DNA of 64,000 bases, taken from Candidatus Eiseniibacteriota bacterium. GTDB taxonomy: Bacteria; Eisenbacteria; RBG-16-71-46. Numbering within the stretch: the stretch's first letter is position 1; each line of letters starts with the position of its first letter. This document shows, one piece after another, positions 1 to 12,926 of the stretch. A program made the position numbers and the translations under genes. The notes beneath the pieces are model-generated. The model saw only the letters and a list, made by a program, of their open reading frames with translations, was not told where the DNA came from and did no database searches. The stretch is taken from the NCBI GenBank assembly GCA_963717505.1, contig OY970342.1:384001-448000 (forward strand). The letters are read 5' to 3'.

Positions 1-293
1 CGCTCAAACCCTTCGACCGCGGCGCGAATGCGGCCCGCGCGATCCTGGGCCTCGGCCTGCAGTCGGCCCCAGCGCTCCCGGTGGTCGCGGTCGCGCTCGC
101 TGCGATAGACCCCAACGTTGAGCACGATCGCCGTGATTGCGACCAGGGCGATGAACGCACCCGCCACACGGCGCGAATCAGCCGCCGCCTCCGACGGATC
201 GCCGGTCAGAAGCCGGCCAAGGCCGTGGGACGTCGATGATGGCGTCAGAACCGGACGCGCGCGTCCGGAGGAAACGGGCTCGATTGGGCTCAT
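1..293 (-). CDS. Membrane-anchored sensor-like protein, N-terminal part only (runs off window start)
   Basis: Manual translation from ATG at 293: MSPIEPV...RRVAGAFIALVAITAIVLNVGVYRSERDRDHRERWGRLQAEA..., open to window edge; one hydrophobic TM segment followed by a charged helix. Confidence 0.55.
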   Translation of the reverse strand, partial: MSPIEPVSSGRARPVLTPSSTSHGLGRLLTGDPSEAAADSRRVAGAFIALVAITAIVLNVGVYRSERDRDHRERWGRLQAEAQDRAGRIRAAVEGFE

Positions 294-321
294 AGTCCGG
301 GGTCCGAGAAGTACCCCGGCG

Positions 322-348
322 TTATCGGCATGCAGCAGACCGACTTGA
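322..348 (-). promoter_or_regulatory. Putative sigma28 (FliA/SigD-type) promoter
   Basis: Minus strand TCAA-N15-GCCGATAA, ~30 nt upstream of the ATG at 293. Confidence 0.6.
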
Positions 349-354
349 GCCGGA

Positions 355-2199
<1,845 letters not shown>

Positions 2200-2263
2200 G
2201 GGTTGTTCCTGCATGAGCTCCTCGGGTGACCGGGCCCCCGTCTCGGGGTGGCACGGCAAGCGT

Positions 2264-2298
2264 GAAACGGCGCGGGCGGTGCGATTCCGCCCGCGCCG
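2264..2298 (-). terminator. Probable intrinsic terminator after rplQ
   Basis: 12-bp GC stem CGGCGCGGGCGG/CCGCCCGCGCCG with 7-nt loop followed by TTTC on minus strand. Confidence 0.5.
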
Positions 2299-2319
2299 GA
2301 AACGACGACGGGTGTTCGG

Positions 2320-2886
2320 TTAGCCGGTCTTGACGCCGGTGCGTCCACGGCGCCGCGCCGGCCCTGACGGCTCGAGGTCGGCGTCGCGGCCACCCTTGCG
2401 CGAGCGCTCGGGACGAGCCGACTCCGCGCCGGCCTCGGCCTTCGCCTTCTTGTCCTTGCGTCCGCCCTCGGCCGCGGCGCGCGTCTCTTCGGCCGCCATG
2501 CGCTCCTGGCGCTCGCGCTCCTTCTGCTCGTCCGACTTGACCAGCTCGAGGTAGACGGTTTCGCCAGCATCGCCCAGGCGATGGCCCAGCCGGAGAATAC
2601 GGGTGTAGCCGCCCTTCCGGTCCGCGTACCAAGGCGCGATGACTTCGAACAACTTCTTGGTGACCGCGGGCTTCATGACGAACCGGTTCACGTGGCGCCG
2701 CGCCGCGACGTCGCCCTGCTTGCCGAACGTGATCAGCCGCTCGGCCAGGCGCCGGGTTTCCTTGGCCTTGGCCACCGTCGTCTCGATGCGCTCGAACTGG
2801 AACAGGGCGGTGGCCAGGTTCCGGAGTACGGCGCGCCGGTGAGACGACGTCCGGCTCAGCTTGCGATGGTCTTTGCGATGTCGCAT
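2320..2886 (-). CDS. rplQ: 50S ribosomal protein L17 (with long charged C-terminal extension)
   Basis: [20 protein letters not shown] motifs; position after rpoA. Confidence 0.97.
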   Translation of the reverse strand: MRHRKDHRKLSRTSSHRRAVLRNLATALFQFERIETTVAKAKETRRLAERLITFGKQGDVAARRHVNRFVMKPAVTKKLFEVIAPWYADRKGGYTRILRLGHRLGDAGETVYLELVKSDEQKERERQERMAAEETRAAAEGGRKDKKAKAEAGAESARPERSRKGGRDADLEPSGPARRRGRTGVKTG

Positions 2887-2931
2887 GGGTTCGAATCCTC
2901 GCTCGAGGTCGCCGCGGCGACCGGTAATGCC

Positions 2932-3927
2932 TTACTCGACGCTCGCCGGCGTCTTCGCTTCCAGGTACCTGCTGACGTCCATCCCGAACTGGAGTCCCAT
3001 CTCGCCCAGGATGTCCTGGATCTCCTTCAGGGACTTGCGCCCGAAGTTCCGGTACTTGAGCATCTCCGGCTCGGACTTCTGCACCAGGTCGATGATCGTC
3101 TTGATCTCGGCGGCACGCAGGCAGTTGCTCGAGCGCACCGACAGCTCCAGTTCGTCCACGCTCTTGTCGAGCAGCTTGCGGATGCGCGAAGCCTCGGCAT
3201 CCACCTCTTCCTCGACCTCTTCCTCGATCGGTTCCTCGAACGTGATGAACAGGCTGAAGTGGTCGCGCAGCACCTTGGCCGCGAGCGCCACCGCGTCCTG
3301 CGGCAGAATGCTGCCGTCGGTCCACACTTCGAGGGTCAGCTTGTCGTAGTCGATGCGCTGGCCGAGGCGCGTGGCCTCGACCTCGTAGTTCACGCGGGTG
3401 ACCGGGGAGAACAGCGAGTCCACCGGAATCACACCGATCGGGCGGTCAGCCTGGGCATGATTGTCGGCCGACACGTAGCCACGGCCGCCGTTGATCTCGA
3501 CCTCCATCCGCAGATCACCGTCGCGGTTCAGGGTCGCGACGTGCAGGTCCGGGTTCAGGATCTCGATCTCGGGGTCGGCGGTCATGTTGCCGGCCTTGAC
3601 CTCACCCTTGCCCTGCATCTCGAACACGCCCTTGCGCGGGCCGTCGCCATGCATCTTGAGCCGGATCTGCTTCAGGTTCAGGATGATTTCGGTCACGTCC
3701 TCGATGACGCCCGGCAGGGTCGAGAACTCGTGCAGCACGCCCTCGATACGAACCGCGGTGATCGCGGCGCCCTGCAGCGAGGCCAATAGAGTGCGTCGCA
3801 GCGCGTTGCCGAGCGTGATTCCAAACCCACGCTCGAGCGGCTCGATCACGAACCGTCCGTACGAGTCCGTGTTGTCCGCATCGGGCACGACCTGCTTTGG
3901 CATCGTCAGATTCTTCCACTTCATCAC
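2932..3927 (-). CDS. rpoA: RNA polymerase alpha subunit
   Basis: [35 protein letters not shown]. Confidence 0.98.
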   Translation of the reverse strand: MMKWKNLTMPKQVVPDADNTDSYGRFVIEPLERGFGITLGNALRRTLLASLQGAAITAVRIEGVLHEFSTLPGVIEDVTEIILNLKQIRLKMHGDGPRKGVFEMQGKGEVKAGNMTADPEIEILNPDLHVATLNRDGDLRMEVEINGGRGYVSADNHAQADRPIGVIPVDSLFSPVTRVNYEVEATRLGQRIDYDKLTLEVWTDGSILPQDAVALAAKVLRDHFSLFITFEEPIEEEVEEEVDAEASRIRKLLDKSVDELELSVRSSNCLRAAEIKTIIDLVQKSEPEMLKYRNFGRKSLKEIQDILGEMGLQFGMDVSRYLEAKTPASVE

Positions 3928-3961
3928 GCAGTGCTCCCGGGATAGGGTTCGCGGACGGCCA

Positions 3962-4591
3962 TCACTTGGAGTAGAGCTCCACGATGAGCTGTTCGTTGAT
4001 CGGGACCGGAATCGAATCCCGGGTGGGGATGCTCAGCACGCGGCCCACCGGGCTGTCGCCGCTGATCTCGATCCACTCCGGTCCGGTTTGTCCCTTGCGG
4101 GCCTCGCGGGCGTGCTGAACCACCAACAGCGACCGGCTCTTTTCACGAATTCCCACCTCGTCTCCGGCACGCACCAGGAACGAGGGAATATCCACCTTGC
4201 GGCCGTTCACCTGCACGTGGCCGTGGCGCACGAGCTGGCGGGCCGCCGCACGGTTTCCGGCGAATCCCATGCGGTAGATGATGTTGTCGAGACGGCGCTC
4301 CAGCATCTGCAGCAGGACCTCGCCGGTCACGCCTTTGGCCTCGGACGCCTTGGTGAAGTAGTTGCGGAATTGCCGCTCGAGCAGGCCGTAGATGCGCCGG
4401 GCCTTCTGCTTCTCGCGCAACTGCAGCCCGTAGTTGGAATCCTTGGTCCGCCGACTCTTGCCGTGTTCGCCGGGGGCGTAGCCGCGCTTCTCGATGGCGC
4501 ACTTGTCCGAAAAGCAACGCGACGCCTTGAGAAACAGCTTCATGCCCTGGCGCCGGCACAGCCGGCACTTTGCATCGTGGTAGACCGCCAT
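3962..4591 (-). CDS. rpsD: 30S ribosomal protein S4 (Zn-binding type)
   Basis: [26 protein letters not shown]. Confidence 0.98.
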   Translation of the reverse strand: MAVYHDAKCRLCRRQGMKLFLKASRCFSDKCAIEKRGYAPGEHGKSRRTKDSNYGLQLREKQKARRIYGLLERQFRNYFTKASEAKGVTGEVLLQMLERRLDNIIYRMGFAGNRAAARQLVRHGHVQVNGRKVDIPSFLVRAGDEVGIREKSRSLLVVQHAREARKGQTGPEWIEISGDSPVGRVLSIPTRDSIPVPINEQLIVELYSK

Positions 4592-4603
4592 GCTCGTAGA
4601 CTC

Positions 4604-4990
4604 CTAGACCCGGCGCCGCTTGGGCGGGCGGCAACCGTTGTGGGGAATCGGGGTCACGTCCTTGATCGCCGAGATCTCGAGACCCGCCGCCTGCAGCGAC
4701 CGGATGGCCGCTTCGCGACCAGCCCCGGGACCCTTGACCCAGACCTCGACCCGCTTCATTCCGTAGTTGATGGCTTCCCGGGCGCTGGCTTCGGCGGCGA
4801 CCTGGGCTGCGAACGGCGTGCTCTTGCGCGAGCCCTTGAATCCGACCTTCCCGGCGCTCGCCCACGTCACCACGTTCCCGTCCATGTCCGTGATCGTGAC
4901 GATCGTGTTGTTGAAGCTCGCCTGAACGTGCACGACCCCGTTGGCCGGCACTTTCCGTTCCCGTCGCTTGACCTTCTTCGCCTCGGTCAC
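4604..4990 (-). CDS. rpsK: 30S ribosomal protein S11
   Basis: [26 protein letters not shown]; GTG start after GGAGG. Confidence 0.97.
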   Translation of the reverse strand: MTEAKKVKRRERKVPANGVVHVQASFNNTIVTITDMDGNVVTWASAGKVGFKGSRKSTPFAAQVAAEASAREAINYGMKRVEVWVKGPGAGREAAIRSLQAAGLEISAIKDVTPIPHNGCRPPKRRRV

Positions 4991-5039
4991 TCCTGCTCCT
5001 CCATGCACACCGCTCGAGCGGCGTGCGGCTCGTGGCCCG

Positions 5040-5447
5040 CTACTTCTTGGCCGCTGCCGGCGCCGCCTTCGGCGCCGTCGGTTTGCGCACCGCGCCCGCG
5101 GTCTTCTTGGGACCCTTGCGCGTACGTGCGTTCGTCTTGGTGCGCTGGCCGCGCACCGGCAGGCCGCGGCGATGCCGCAGTCCGCGATACGCCCCGATGT
5201 CCATGAGGCGTTTGATGTTCATCGCGATCTCGCTGCGCAGGGCGCCCTCGACCTTGTGCTCCCGCTCGATGATCCCGCGCAGTCGTCCGGTGTCCTCGTC
5301 GCTCAGATTCTTGACGCGGATCTCCGGGCGCACCCCGGCGGTATCGAGGATGCGGCGCGCCGTGGTCCGGCCGATCCCGTAGATGTAGGTCAGCGCGATC
5401 TCGATTCGCTTGTCGGACGGCAGGTCGACGCCCGCGATTCGTGCCAC
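5040..5447 (-). CDS. rpsM: 30S ribosomal protein S13
   Basis: [27 protein letters not shown]. Confidence 0.98.
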   Translation of the reverse strand: MARIAGVDLPSDKRIEIALTYIYGIGRTTARRILDTAGVRPEIRVKNLSDEDTGRLRGIIEREHKVEGALRSEIAMNIKRLMDIGAYRGLRHRRGLPVRGQRTKTNARTRKGPKKTAGAVRKPTAPKAAPAAAKK

Positions 5448-5462
5448 CAGATTCCTCCTTCG

Positions 5463-5579
5463 CTACTTCTGACGTTGCTTGTGCCGCGGATTGCGCTTGC
5501 AGATCACGCGGATCACGCCCTTGCGACGCACCAGCTTGCAGTGCTCGCAGATCTTCTTGACCGAAGTACGCACCTTCAT
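5463..5579 (-). CDS. rpmJ: 50S ribosomal protein L36 (not in ORF track)
   Basis: Manual translation [38 protein letters not shown]. Confidence 0.97.
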   Translation of the reverse strand: MKVRTSVKKICEHCKLVRRKGVIRVICKRNPRHKQRQK

Positions 5580-5625
5580 TGCCGCAACACCTCCGCCGCG
5601 CCGGCGTTCACCGCCGACCCGCGCG

Positions 5626-5844
5626 CTACTTGTATCGATAGACGATCCGTCCGCGGCTCAGGTCGTACGGCGACAACTCGACCGTGACCTTGTCCCCCGG
5701 CAGGATCTTGATGAAGTGCATCCGCATCTTGCCCGAAATGTGGGCCAGCACGACGTGTTTGTTCTCGAGTTCGACCCGGAACATCGCGTTGGGCAGAGGC
5801 TCGACCACCGTGCCTTCGACCTGGATGCCCTCTTCCTTCGCCAA
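5626..5844 (-). CDS. infA: Translation initiation factor IF-1
   Basis: TTG start; (M)[33 protein letters not shown], 72 aa. Confidence 0.97.
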   Translation of the reverse strand: MAKEEGIQVEGTVVEPLPNAMFRVELENKHVVLAHISGKMRMHFIKILPGDKVTVELSPYDLSRGRIVYRYK

Positions 5845-5848
5845 TCGC

Positions 5849-6607
5849 TCAACCTTCCTGGCCCGGGTCCGAAAGAATCTCGGGTCCGTCGGGCCCGACT
5901 GCCACCGTGTGCTCGAAATGCGCACTCAGCGAACCGTCTTTGGTTCGTATCGTCCAGCCATCGGACTCGACCACGACTTCGTGGCCGCCCGAATTGATCA
6001 TCGGTTCGATCGCCAGCACCTGCCCCGCCATCAGGCGCGGGCCGCGCGCCGGCGGACCGTAGTTGGGAACTTGCGGCTCCTCGTGCATCTCGCGTCCGAT
6101 GCCGTGCCCGACCAGCGTGCGCACCACCGAGAACCCGCTCTGTTCGGCGTGGCTCTGCACCGCGTGCGAGATGTCGCCGATGCGATTCCCGGCGCGGGCC
6201 TGAAGCACCGCACGTCCGAGCGCCTCCTCGGTCACCTGCAGCAGCCGGCGCGCCGCCTCCGAGATCTCGCCGACCGCGAACGTCCGTGCCGCGTCGCCAT
6301 GATAACCGCCCTTCTCGACCCCGACGTCGATCCCGATGATGTCGCCCTCGCGCAGCACGTATGGCCCGGGAATCCCGTGAACCACCTCGGCATTGACCGA
6401 GGGGCAGATGGCGGCCGGGAATCCCCGATAGCCCTTGAACGCCGGACGGCCGCCGTGATCGCGGATGAACGCCTCCGCCAGACGGTCGAGGTCCGCGGTC
6501 GAGACCCCGGGACGCACGTGCCCGGCCAGCATCCGCAAGGTCCGGCCGACCAGCTGGGCCGCCTCCCGGATCGCCTGGATCTCGTTGGCGTCGCGAAGGT
6601 ACACCAT
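5849..6607 (-). CDS. map: Type I methionine aminopeptidase
   Basis: [33 protein letters not shown]. Confidence 0.97.
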   Translation of the reverse strand: MVYLRDANEIQAIREAAQLVGRTLRMLAGHVRPGVSTADLDRLAEAFIRDHGGRPAFKGYRGFPAAICPSVNAEVVHGIPGPYVLREGDIIGIDVGVEKGGYHGDAARTFAVGEISEAARRLLQVTEEALGRAVLQARAGNRIGDISHAVQSHAEQSGFSVVRTLVGHGIGREMHEEPQVPNYGPPARGPRLMAGQVLAIEPMINSGGHEVVVESDGWTIRTKDGSLSAHFEHTVAVGPDGPEILSDPGQEG

Positions 6608-7275
6608 TACTGAGTCACTCCTGCGCCCTGCAGGGCGCGCTTCATGCGGTCGTAGACGCGATCGGCAGGACCGGCGCCGTCGACCTCGATCAACCGGCCG
6701 CGATCCAGATAGTGCGCCGCCAGGGGTGCCGTCTGATCTTCATACACCGAAAGCCGCGTCCGCACCGTCCCCTCGGCGTCGTCGGTGCGCTGGACCAGCG
6801 CGGTCGCGGGATGGTCGTCGCAACGACCCTCGACCCGCGGCAGCGCCGACTCCAGATTGTAGATGCGCTTGCACACCGGACACTCGCGGCGAGCGCCCAG
6901 GCGGCGGACCAGCTCGTCGGCCGGGGCCGTCAGGTTGATCACCGCATCCAGGTTCTGCCCGCGCTCGGCGAGCATGCGGTCCAGCGACTCCGCCTGCGGC
7001 ACCGTCCGCGGGAACCCGTCGAGCACGAACCCTCCCACCGAGTCGGGCTCCTGCGTCCGCCCGCGCACCAGCGCGACCATGACATCGTCACCAACCAGGC
7101 GACCGGAGTCGATCTGGCGGCCGGCGGCGATCCCGAGCGGCGTCCGATGCGCGACTGCGTCGCGCAGGATCGCCCCGGTCGAGATCAACGCAATGCCGAA
7201 CTCACGGGCCAGACGCTGACCCTGGGTTCCCTTGCCGACTCCGGGCGGACCGAGCATCACCACGCGCACACTCAC
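6607..7275 (-). CDS. adk: Adenylate kinase
   Basis: LGPPGVGKGTQ, LDGFPRT, LID CPVC...CDDH; GTG start overlaps secY stop. Confidence 0.96.
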   Translation of the reverse strand: MSVRVVMLGPPGVGKGTQGQRLAREFGIALISTGAILRDAVAHRTPLGIAAGRQIDSGRLVGDDVMVALVRGRTQEPDSVGGFVLDGFPRTVPQAESLDRMLAERGQNLDAVINLTAPADELVRRLGARRECPVCKRIYNLESALPRVEGRCDDHPATALVQRTDDAEGTVRTRLSVYEDQTAPLAAHYLDRGRLIEVDGAGPADRVYDRMKRALQGAGVTQ

Positions 7276-8591
7276 ATCCTCTGGCGGCCGCGGATCCGGC
7301 CTCGTTTGACGAAGCCTTCGTAGTGCCGCATCACCAGGTGAGATTCGATCTGTTGCAGGGTGTCGAGAGCGACCCCGACGACGATCAGCACGCTGGTGCC
7401 GCCGAAGCCGAGGAACGGAAGACCCGAAAGGCCGATCAACATGTCGGGAACGGTGGCGACCAGCGCCAGGAAGATCGCTCCCGGCAGGGTGATCCGCGAC
7501 AGGACCCGGTCGATGTACTCCGCGGTCTTGCGCCCCGGCCGGATGCCGGGGATGAAGCCGCCGTATTTCCGCATGTTCTCCGCGAGATCGTTCGGATTCA
7601 GGATGACCGCGGTATAGAAGTAGGTGAAGAACACGATGATGATGCCGTAGAGCAGGTTGTAGACCGGTGACCGCGGGTTCATCCACTGGCCGACCGCCTG
7701 CAACGGATGATCGGGCGGCAGGAACCCGGCCACGGTCGCCGGCAGGATCATGACCGACGACGCGAAGATGATCGGGATCACCCCGGCCGTGTTGAGGCGG
7801 AGCGGAATGTGCGTGTTGGCGCCGCCATAGGTCCGTCGGCCGACGATGCGCTTGGCGTACTGAACCGGGATCTTGCGCACCGCCTGGGTCATCAGGACGA
7901 CCGCCGCGACCACCGCGACCATGAGCACCGTGACCGCGATCGCGGTCAGCGGCTGGAGCGTGCCGGCCTGCAGGCTCTGGACCAGGCCCAGGACGGCATT
8001 CGGCGCGCCACCGATGATGTTGACGAAAATGATCAGCGAGATGCCGTTGCCGATTCCGTGCTCGGTGATCTTCTCGCCCAGCCACATGACGAAGATCGTC
8101 CCGGTCGTCTGGGTCACGATCATCGAGAGCGTGAAGATCAGGCCGGGGTTGGGGACCACCGCCAGACCCTGGCTCGCCCCCATGTTGATCAGGAACACGC
8201 TGTAGGCCAGCGACTGGACGATCGAGATCATGACCGTGCCGTAGCGCGTGTACTGGGTGAGCTTCTTCTGGCCCTCTTCGCCCTCCTTGCGCAGCTTCTC
8301 GAAGTAGGGAACCACCGCCCCGAGCAACTGCAGGATGATCGAGGACGAAATGTACGGCATGATCCCGAGCGCGAAGATCGTGGCGCGCGAGAAGGCCCCG
8401 CCCACGAACAGGTCGTAGAGGCCGAACAGCGTCCCGCGCTGACTCTCGAACGCGGCCGCCAGCGCACGCGCGTTGACCCCCGGCGCCGGGATGTGTTCTC
8501 CCAGGCGATAGACGACGAACATCGCCAGCGTGAACAGCACGCGGCGACGAAGTTCCGGGACCTGGAAGATGTTACGCAGCTTCTCGAGCAT
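7272..8591 (-). CDS. secY: Preprotein translocase SecY
   Basis: LGIMPYISSSII, GIGNGISLII, GVIPIIFAS, IPGIRPG, GGTSVLIVVGV. Confidence 0.98.
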   Translation of the reverse strand: MLEKLRNIFQVPELRRRVLFTLAMFVVYRLGEHIPAPGVNARALAAAFESQRGTLFGLYDLFVGGAFSRATIFALGIMPYISSSIILQLLGAVVPYFEKLRKEGEEGQKKLTQYTRYGTVMISIVQSLAYSVFLINMGASQGLAVVPNPGLIFTLSMIVTQTTGTIFVMWLGEKITEHGIGNGISLIIFVNIIGGAPNAVLGLVQSLQAGTLQPLTAIAVTVLMVAVVAAVVLMTQAVRKIPVQYAKRIVGRRTYGGANTHIPLRLNTAGVIPIIFASSVMILPATVAGFLPPDHPLQAVGQWMNPRSPVYNLLYGIIIVFFTYFYTAVILNPNDLAENMRKYGGFIPGIRPGRKTAEYIDRVLSRITLPGAIFLALVATVPDMLIGLSGLPFLGFGGTSVLIVVGVALDTLQQIESHLVMRHYEGFVKRGRIRGRQRM

Positions 8592-8597
8592 GGATTT

Positions 8598-9059
8598 CTA
8601 GGACCTGACCTTGGGTTCGGGAAGCACGATCGAGCCTCCCGCCGTTTCGACCGCCTTGCGCGCCGTGCCGCTCGCGGCATCGACCTGGACCGTCAGCGCC
8701 ACCCTGAGTTCGCCGGTGCCGAGCAGCTTGATCGGACCCGAGCGGCGAACCAGTCGCTTGGCCTCGAGCCAGGCGCGATCGATCACGGTCTTGGCCGGAG
8801 CCGAAGCCAGCGAACCGATGTTGACCACCTGGAACGACACGCGATCCGGGTTCTTGAAGCCGCGTTTGGGCAGGCGGCGCTGGATCGGCATCTGACCGCC
8901 TTCGAACCAGGAAGGAATCTTGCCACCGGTGCGCGCCTTGTGCCCCTTGTGTCCACGGCCCGCGGTGCCGCCCAGGCCGGTGGCGGCACCCTTGCCGCGC
9001 CGCTTCGTCGGGCGCGTGGCGCCCGGCGCGGGCCGAATCGACCCGATGCTCCTGGTCAT
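8598..9059 (-). CDS. rplO: 50S ribosomal protein L15
   Basis: GRGHKG, FEGGQMP, RLPKRGF. Confidence 0.97.
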   Translation of the reverse strand: MTRSIGSIRPAPGATRPTKRRGKGAATGLGGTAGRGHKGHKARTGGKIPSWFEGGQMPIQRRLPKRGFKNPDRVSFQVVNIGSLASAPAKTVIDRAWLEAKRLVRRSGPIKLLGTGELRVALTVQVDAASGTARKAVETAGGSIVLPEPKVRS

Positions 9060-9244
9060 GACTGGCGCTCCTCCACTTGGACGAGATGACGGACCTTGAA
9101 CACCATGCCGCGGATCTGCGGCGTGTCGGCGTGTTCGATGGTGTGCTGCAGCTTGCGGAATCCGAGCGCGCGAATCGTCGCCTTCTGGTCGGCCGGGTGG
9201 CCGCTCGCGCTCTTGACGTAGCGGATCTTGAGCTTACGCGCCAT
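9056..9244 (-). CDS. rpmD: 50S ribosomal protein L30
   Basis: [21 protein letters not shown]. Confidence 0.96.
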   Translation of the reverse strand: MARKLKIRYVKSASGHPADQKATIRALGFRKLQHTIEHADTPQIRGMVFKVRHLVQVEERQS

Positions 9245-9770
9245 CGGTCCTCCGGACGCGGCCGAACAGTTCGTCGAGCGTGAGGCCGCGGCGGGCCGCG
9301 ACGTCCGAGGGCATGCGCAGACGCCGCAGGCCGTCGACCGTCGCCTTCACCAGGTTGTGGGGATTGCGCGTGCCCAGGCACTTGGTCAGCACGTTCTGGA
9401 CGCCGGCCACCTCGAGCACGGCACGCACGCCGCCACCGGCGATGACGCCGGTTCCCGGCGACGCCGGTTTGAGCAGCACGCGTCCGGCTCCGAACCGTCC
9501 GACGATCACGTGCGGGATCGACCCGCTCTTGGTGACCGGGATGCGGGTCATGTTCTTCTTGGCCGTTTCTCCGGCCTTGCGAATGGCATCCGCCACTTCG
9601 TTGGCCTTGCCGAGTCCCACGCCGAAGCGCCCCGACTGATCCCCGATGGCGACGATCGCGTTGAACGAGAACCGCCGTCCGCCCTTGACCACCTTGGCGC
9701 AGCGGTTGACGTTGATCACGCGCTCGACGAACTCGGATTTTTGCTGCGTTGACTCCTGGCCTCGCACCAC
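9234..9770 (-). CDS. rpsE: 30S ribosomal protein S5
   Basis: [20 protein letters not shown]. Confidence 0.97.
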   Translation of the reverse strand: MVRGQESTQQKSEFVERVINVNRCAKVVKGGRRFSFNAIVAIGDQSGRFGVGLGKANEVADAIRKAGETAKKNMTRIPVTKSGSIPHVIVGRFGAGRVLLKPASPGTGVIAGGGVRAVLEVAGVQNVLTKCLGTRNPHNLVKATVDGLRRLRMPSDVAARRGLTLDELFGRVRRTDGA

Positions 9771-9801
9771 TGAAACCTCCCCGGAACTCCCTTAGGACGT
9801 C

Positions 9802-10158
9802 CTAGAACTCCAGCCCGCCGGCGCGTGCACCGTCGGCCAGCGCCTTGACCCGGCCGTGAAACCGGTACCCGCCGCGATCGAACGCGACCTGGGTGACACC
9901 CTTTTCCTTCGCGCGCTGCGCGAGCAGCTTTCCGACTTCGGCACTGACACTGATCTTGCCCGGGCCCTGCGCGCCGACTTCGCGACTCGACGCCGCGACC
10001 AGAGTCCGACCGCCGCCGTCGTCGACCACCTGGGCGTAGATGTGGCGCGCGCTGCGGAACACCGAAAGACGCGGACGCACCTCCGTGCCCTGAACTTTTT
10101 TGCGGATCCGGAAACGCCGGATGCGACGCCGCTCGTACTTGTTGCGCTGACCGCTCAT
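9802..10158 (-). CDS. rplR: 50S ribosomal protein L18
   Basis: [28 protein letters not shown]. Confidence 0.97.
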   Translation of the reverse strand: MSGQRNKYERRRIRRFRIRKKVQGTEVRPRLSVFRSARHIYAQVVDDGGGRTLVAASSREVGAQGPGKISVSAEVGKLLAQRAKEKGVTQVAFDRGGYRFHGRVKALADGARAGGLEF

Positions 10159-10694
10159 GACGCTGCCCCCGCCGCCTTGCCGGCCTTCCGCCGGACGTAT
10201 TCGCCTTCATAGCGGATGCCCTTGCCCTTGTAGGGCTCGGGCGGACGAAAGCCGCGGATGTTCGCCGCGACTTGACCGACCAGTTCCTTGCTGCGGCCTG
10301 AAATCGAGATGCGGGTCGGGCTCTCGACCTTGATGTCGATCCCCTCGGGCGGTATGAACACGATCGGGTGCGAGAAGCCGAGCTGAAGCACCAGCTTCTT
10401 GCCGTCCGCCTGCGCCCGGTAGCCGGTGCCCTGAATCTCGAGCACCCGGCCGAACCCCTGGGTCACACCGGTGACCATGTTCTGGATCTGCGCGCGCATC
10501 GTGCCGAACGCCGGGTTGCGGCGCTGACGCTCCGACGTGACACGCGCGAAGCCGTCGGCGACCGAAACCTCGGTGCCTTCGAGGATGTGATGGCTCAGGG
10601 CGCCCTTGGGGCCCTTCACCTGCACCGTCTTGTCGGCGACCGTCACCGAAACGCCGCTCGGAATCGTGACTGGAAGCTTGCCTACTCGCGACAT
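10155..10694 (-). CDS. rplF: 50S ribosomal protein L6
   Basis: [25 protein letters not shown]. Confidence 0.97.
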   Translation of the reverse strand: MSRVGKLPVTIPSGVSVTVADKTVQVKGPKGALSHHILEGTEVSVADGFARVTSERQRRNPAFGTMRAQIQNMVTGVTQGFGRVLEIQGTGYRAQADGKKLVLQLGFSHPIVFIPPEGIDIKVESPTRISISGRSKELVGQVAANIRGFRPPEPYKGKGIRYEGEYVRRKAGKAAGAAS

Positions 10695-10707
10695 GGCCCC
10701 GTCCCCC

Positions 10708-11106
10708 CTACCACACCTGGCACATGAGCTCGCCGCCGAGCCCGGCTTCACGGGCTTCGCGGTCGGTCATGATGCCTTTGGAAGTGGACAGGATCGACGT
10801 ACCCAGTCCGCCGAGCACGCGGGGAATCCGGCCCTTGCCGACGTACACGCGGCGCCCGGGGGTGCTGACCCGACGAATGCCGGTGATCACGCCCCCATGC
10901 TCGCCGGTCGCCTTGAGGTAGATGCGCAGCACGCCCTGCCCCGGGCCGTCGATCATCTTGAAATTGCTGATGTAGCGCTCGCGCAGCAGCACGCTCGCCA
11001 GCTCGCCCTTGAGCCGCGACGCGGGCACGTCCACCTTGCGGTGTCGCGCGACGATCGCATTGCGAATCGCGGTCAGGAAGTCCGCGACTGGATCAGTAAC
11101 CGCCAT
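10708..11106 (-). CDS. rpsH: 30S ribosomal protein S8
   Basis: TDPVADFLTAIRN, STPGRRVY, STSKGIMT, GGE. Confidence 0.97.
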   Translation of the reverse strand: MAVTDPVADFLTAIRNAIVARHRKVDVPASRLKGELASVLLRERYISNFKMIDGPGQGVLRIYLKATGEHGGVITGIRRVSTPGRRVYVGKGRIPRVLGGLGTSILSTSKGIMTDREAREAGLGGELMCQVW

Positions 11107-11194
11107 GGTTCCCTCTTCCTCGTGTCCCAGCGTTCAGGCCACCGTGCGGGGCGCCTGCAGCCTGGTCCCTGGCGCCCCCGTCCGGGGGCGCGTG

Positions 11195-11380
11195 TCACCA
11201 GCTCGACTTGACGACGCCCGGGATCTGCCCGGACAGCGCCAGCTCACGGAAGCAGATGCGACACATGCCGAAGTCGCGCAGGAAGGCACGCGGCCTCCCG
11301 CAACGGTGGCAGCGCGTGTAGGCCCGCACCTTGAACTTCGGGGTCCGCTTCCACTTCTCGATGATCGATTTCTTGGCCAT
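11195..11380 (-). CDS. rpsN: 30S ribosomal protein S14, type Z
   Basis: 61 aa, CHRC...[13 protein letters not shown]. Confidence 0.97.
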   Translation of the reverse strand: MAKKSIIEKWKRTPKFKVRAYTRCHRCGRPRAFLRDFGMCRICFRELALSGQIPGVVKSSW

Positions 11381-11398
11381 TCGTTCTCCGATTGCCGA

Positions 11399-12130
11399 CT
11401 AGCGCTGACGGAACGGCATCTGCATCAACCGCAGCAGCTCCCGCCCCTCCTCATCGTTCCTCGCCGACGTCACGATCGTGACGTCCATTCCGCGCACCTT
11501 CGCCACCCGGTCGTAGTTGATCTCCGGGAAGATGATCTGTTCGGTGAGGCCGACGCTGTAGTTGCCGCGGCCGTCGAACGAGCGGGGGCTCAGCCCCCGG
11601 AAGTCACGAATACGGGGCACCGCCACGTGGACCAGGCGGTCGAAAAACTCGTACATGCGCGCGCCGCGCAGCGTGACGCTGCACCCGACGCCGAGACCCT
11701 CGCGCAGCTTGAAATTCGAGATCGCCTTGCGCGCCTTGCGAATCGCCGGCTTCTGCCCCGCGATCGTCGCCAGATCGTTGGCCGCAGCTTCGAGCAGCTT
11801 CGCGTCCGTAACCGCCTCGCCGACCCCCATGTTGATCACGATCTTCTCGAAGCGTGGCGCCTGCATCAGGCTGGTGTACCCGAACTTCTTCATGAGCTCG
11901 GGCCGCACCTTTTCGTTGTACATCGTGGCCAGTCGCGGCTTCTGGCGCGGCGCGGCCGGACGTCCCTTCGCCACGGCCGGCGCCTGGCTGGTCGCGCCTT
12001 CGCGCGGACCCCTGCCGCCCTTGGCCGCCTTTTCGGGCTTGGCCGCGGACTTGGCCGCCGACTTGGCCGCCGACTTGCCCTTTTCGGGCTTCGCGGCCTT
12101 GCTGCCCTTGGACTTCGATTCCTGCGCCAT
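11399..12130 (-). CDS. rplE: 50S ribosomal protein L5 with Lys/Ala-rich N-terminal extension
   Basis: [29 protein letters not shown]; ATG after GAGGAG. Confidence 0.96.
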   Translation of the reverse strand: MAQESKSKGSKAAKPEKGKSAAKSAAKSAAKPEKAAKGGRGPREGATSQAPAVAKGRPAAPRQKPRLATMYNEKVRPELMKKFGYTSLMQAPRFEKIVINMGVGEAVTDAKLLEAAANDLATIAGQKPAIRKARKAISNFKLREGLGVGCSVTLRGARMYEFFDRLVHVAVPRIRDFRGLSPRSFDGRGNYSVGLTEQIIFPEINYDRVAKVRGMDVTIVTSARNDEEGRELLRLMQMPFRQR

Positions 12131-12219
12131 CTGCTCCTCGTTCCAGGGGATTGCGCACGGGCCCCGCACCCCCTGGTGCCTCGCGGGAACCCGCATGCGG
12201 CCCCTCGGGGCCGCTCAAC

Positions 12220-12546
12220 TCATGACTGCTTCGAGATCGTCTCTCCGCTCGCCCGCGAGATTCGCTCGCGGGTTCCGTCCTTGAGCACCCGCACGCCGAC
12301 GCGCGCTCCGCGCTCCGACTTGGGGTCCCACAGCAGCACGTTCGAAACATGGATCGGAGCCTCGCGCTCGATGATCCCGCTCTGGGCCCCGGAACGGCGC
12401 GCCTTGGTGTGCCGCTTCACGAAGTTCACTTTCTCGACGACCACCCGCTGCTTGACCTCGTCGACCGCGAGCACCTTGCCGGTCTTGCCCTTGTCGTCGC
12501 CCGAGATCACCTGGACCAGGTCGCCTTTGCGAATCTTGATGGCCAT
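12220..12546 (-). CDS. rplX: 50S ribosomal protein L24
   Basis: IRKGDLVQVISGDDKGK, EAPIHVSNV. Confidence 0.97.
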   Translation of the reverse strand: MAIKIRKGDLVQVISGDDKGKTGKVLAVDEVKQRVVVEKVNFVKRHTKARRSGAQSGIIEREAPIHVSNVLLWDPKSERGARVGVRVLKDGTRERISRASGETISKQS

Positions 12547-12914
12547 CAAATCACCTCCGGAGCGAGCGAGATGATCTTCATGAACGCCTTCTCGCGCAGC
12601 TCGCGGGCCACCGGCCCGAAGATGCGGGTGCCGCGCGGCTCCTTGTCGTCGTTGATCAACACCACCGCGTTCTCGTCGAAGCGGATGTAGGAACCGTCCT
12701 TGCGGCGGCCCTCCTTCACGGCGCGCACGACCACCGCCTTCGCGACCTCGCCCTTCTTCACCTGGGCTCCTGGAATCGCGTCCTTCACCGAGACGACCAC
12801 GATGTCCCCGAGTCGCCCGTAGCGCTTGTGGTGGCCGCCGAGGACCTTGATGCACTGGGCGCGCTTCGCGCCCGAGTTGTCCGCCACGGTCACCATGGTT
12901 CTGAGCTGGATCAT
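12546..12914 (-). CDS. rplN: 50S ribosomal protein L14
   Basis: [22 protein letters not shown]. Confidence 0.98.
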   Translation of the reverse strand: MIQLRTMVTVADNSGAKRAQCIKVLGGHHKRYGRLGDIVVVSVKDAIPGAQVKKGEVAKAVVVRAVKEGRRKDGSYIRFDENAVVLINDDKEPRGTRIFGPVARELREKAFMKIISLAPEVI

Positions 12915-12926
12915 TCCTGCCTCCGG

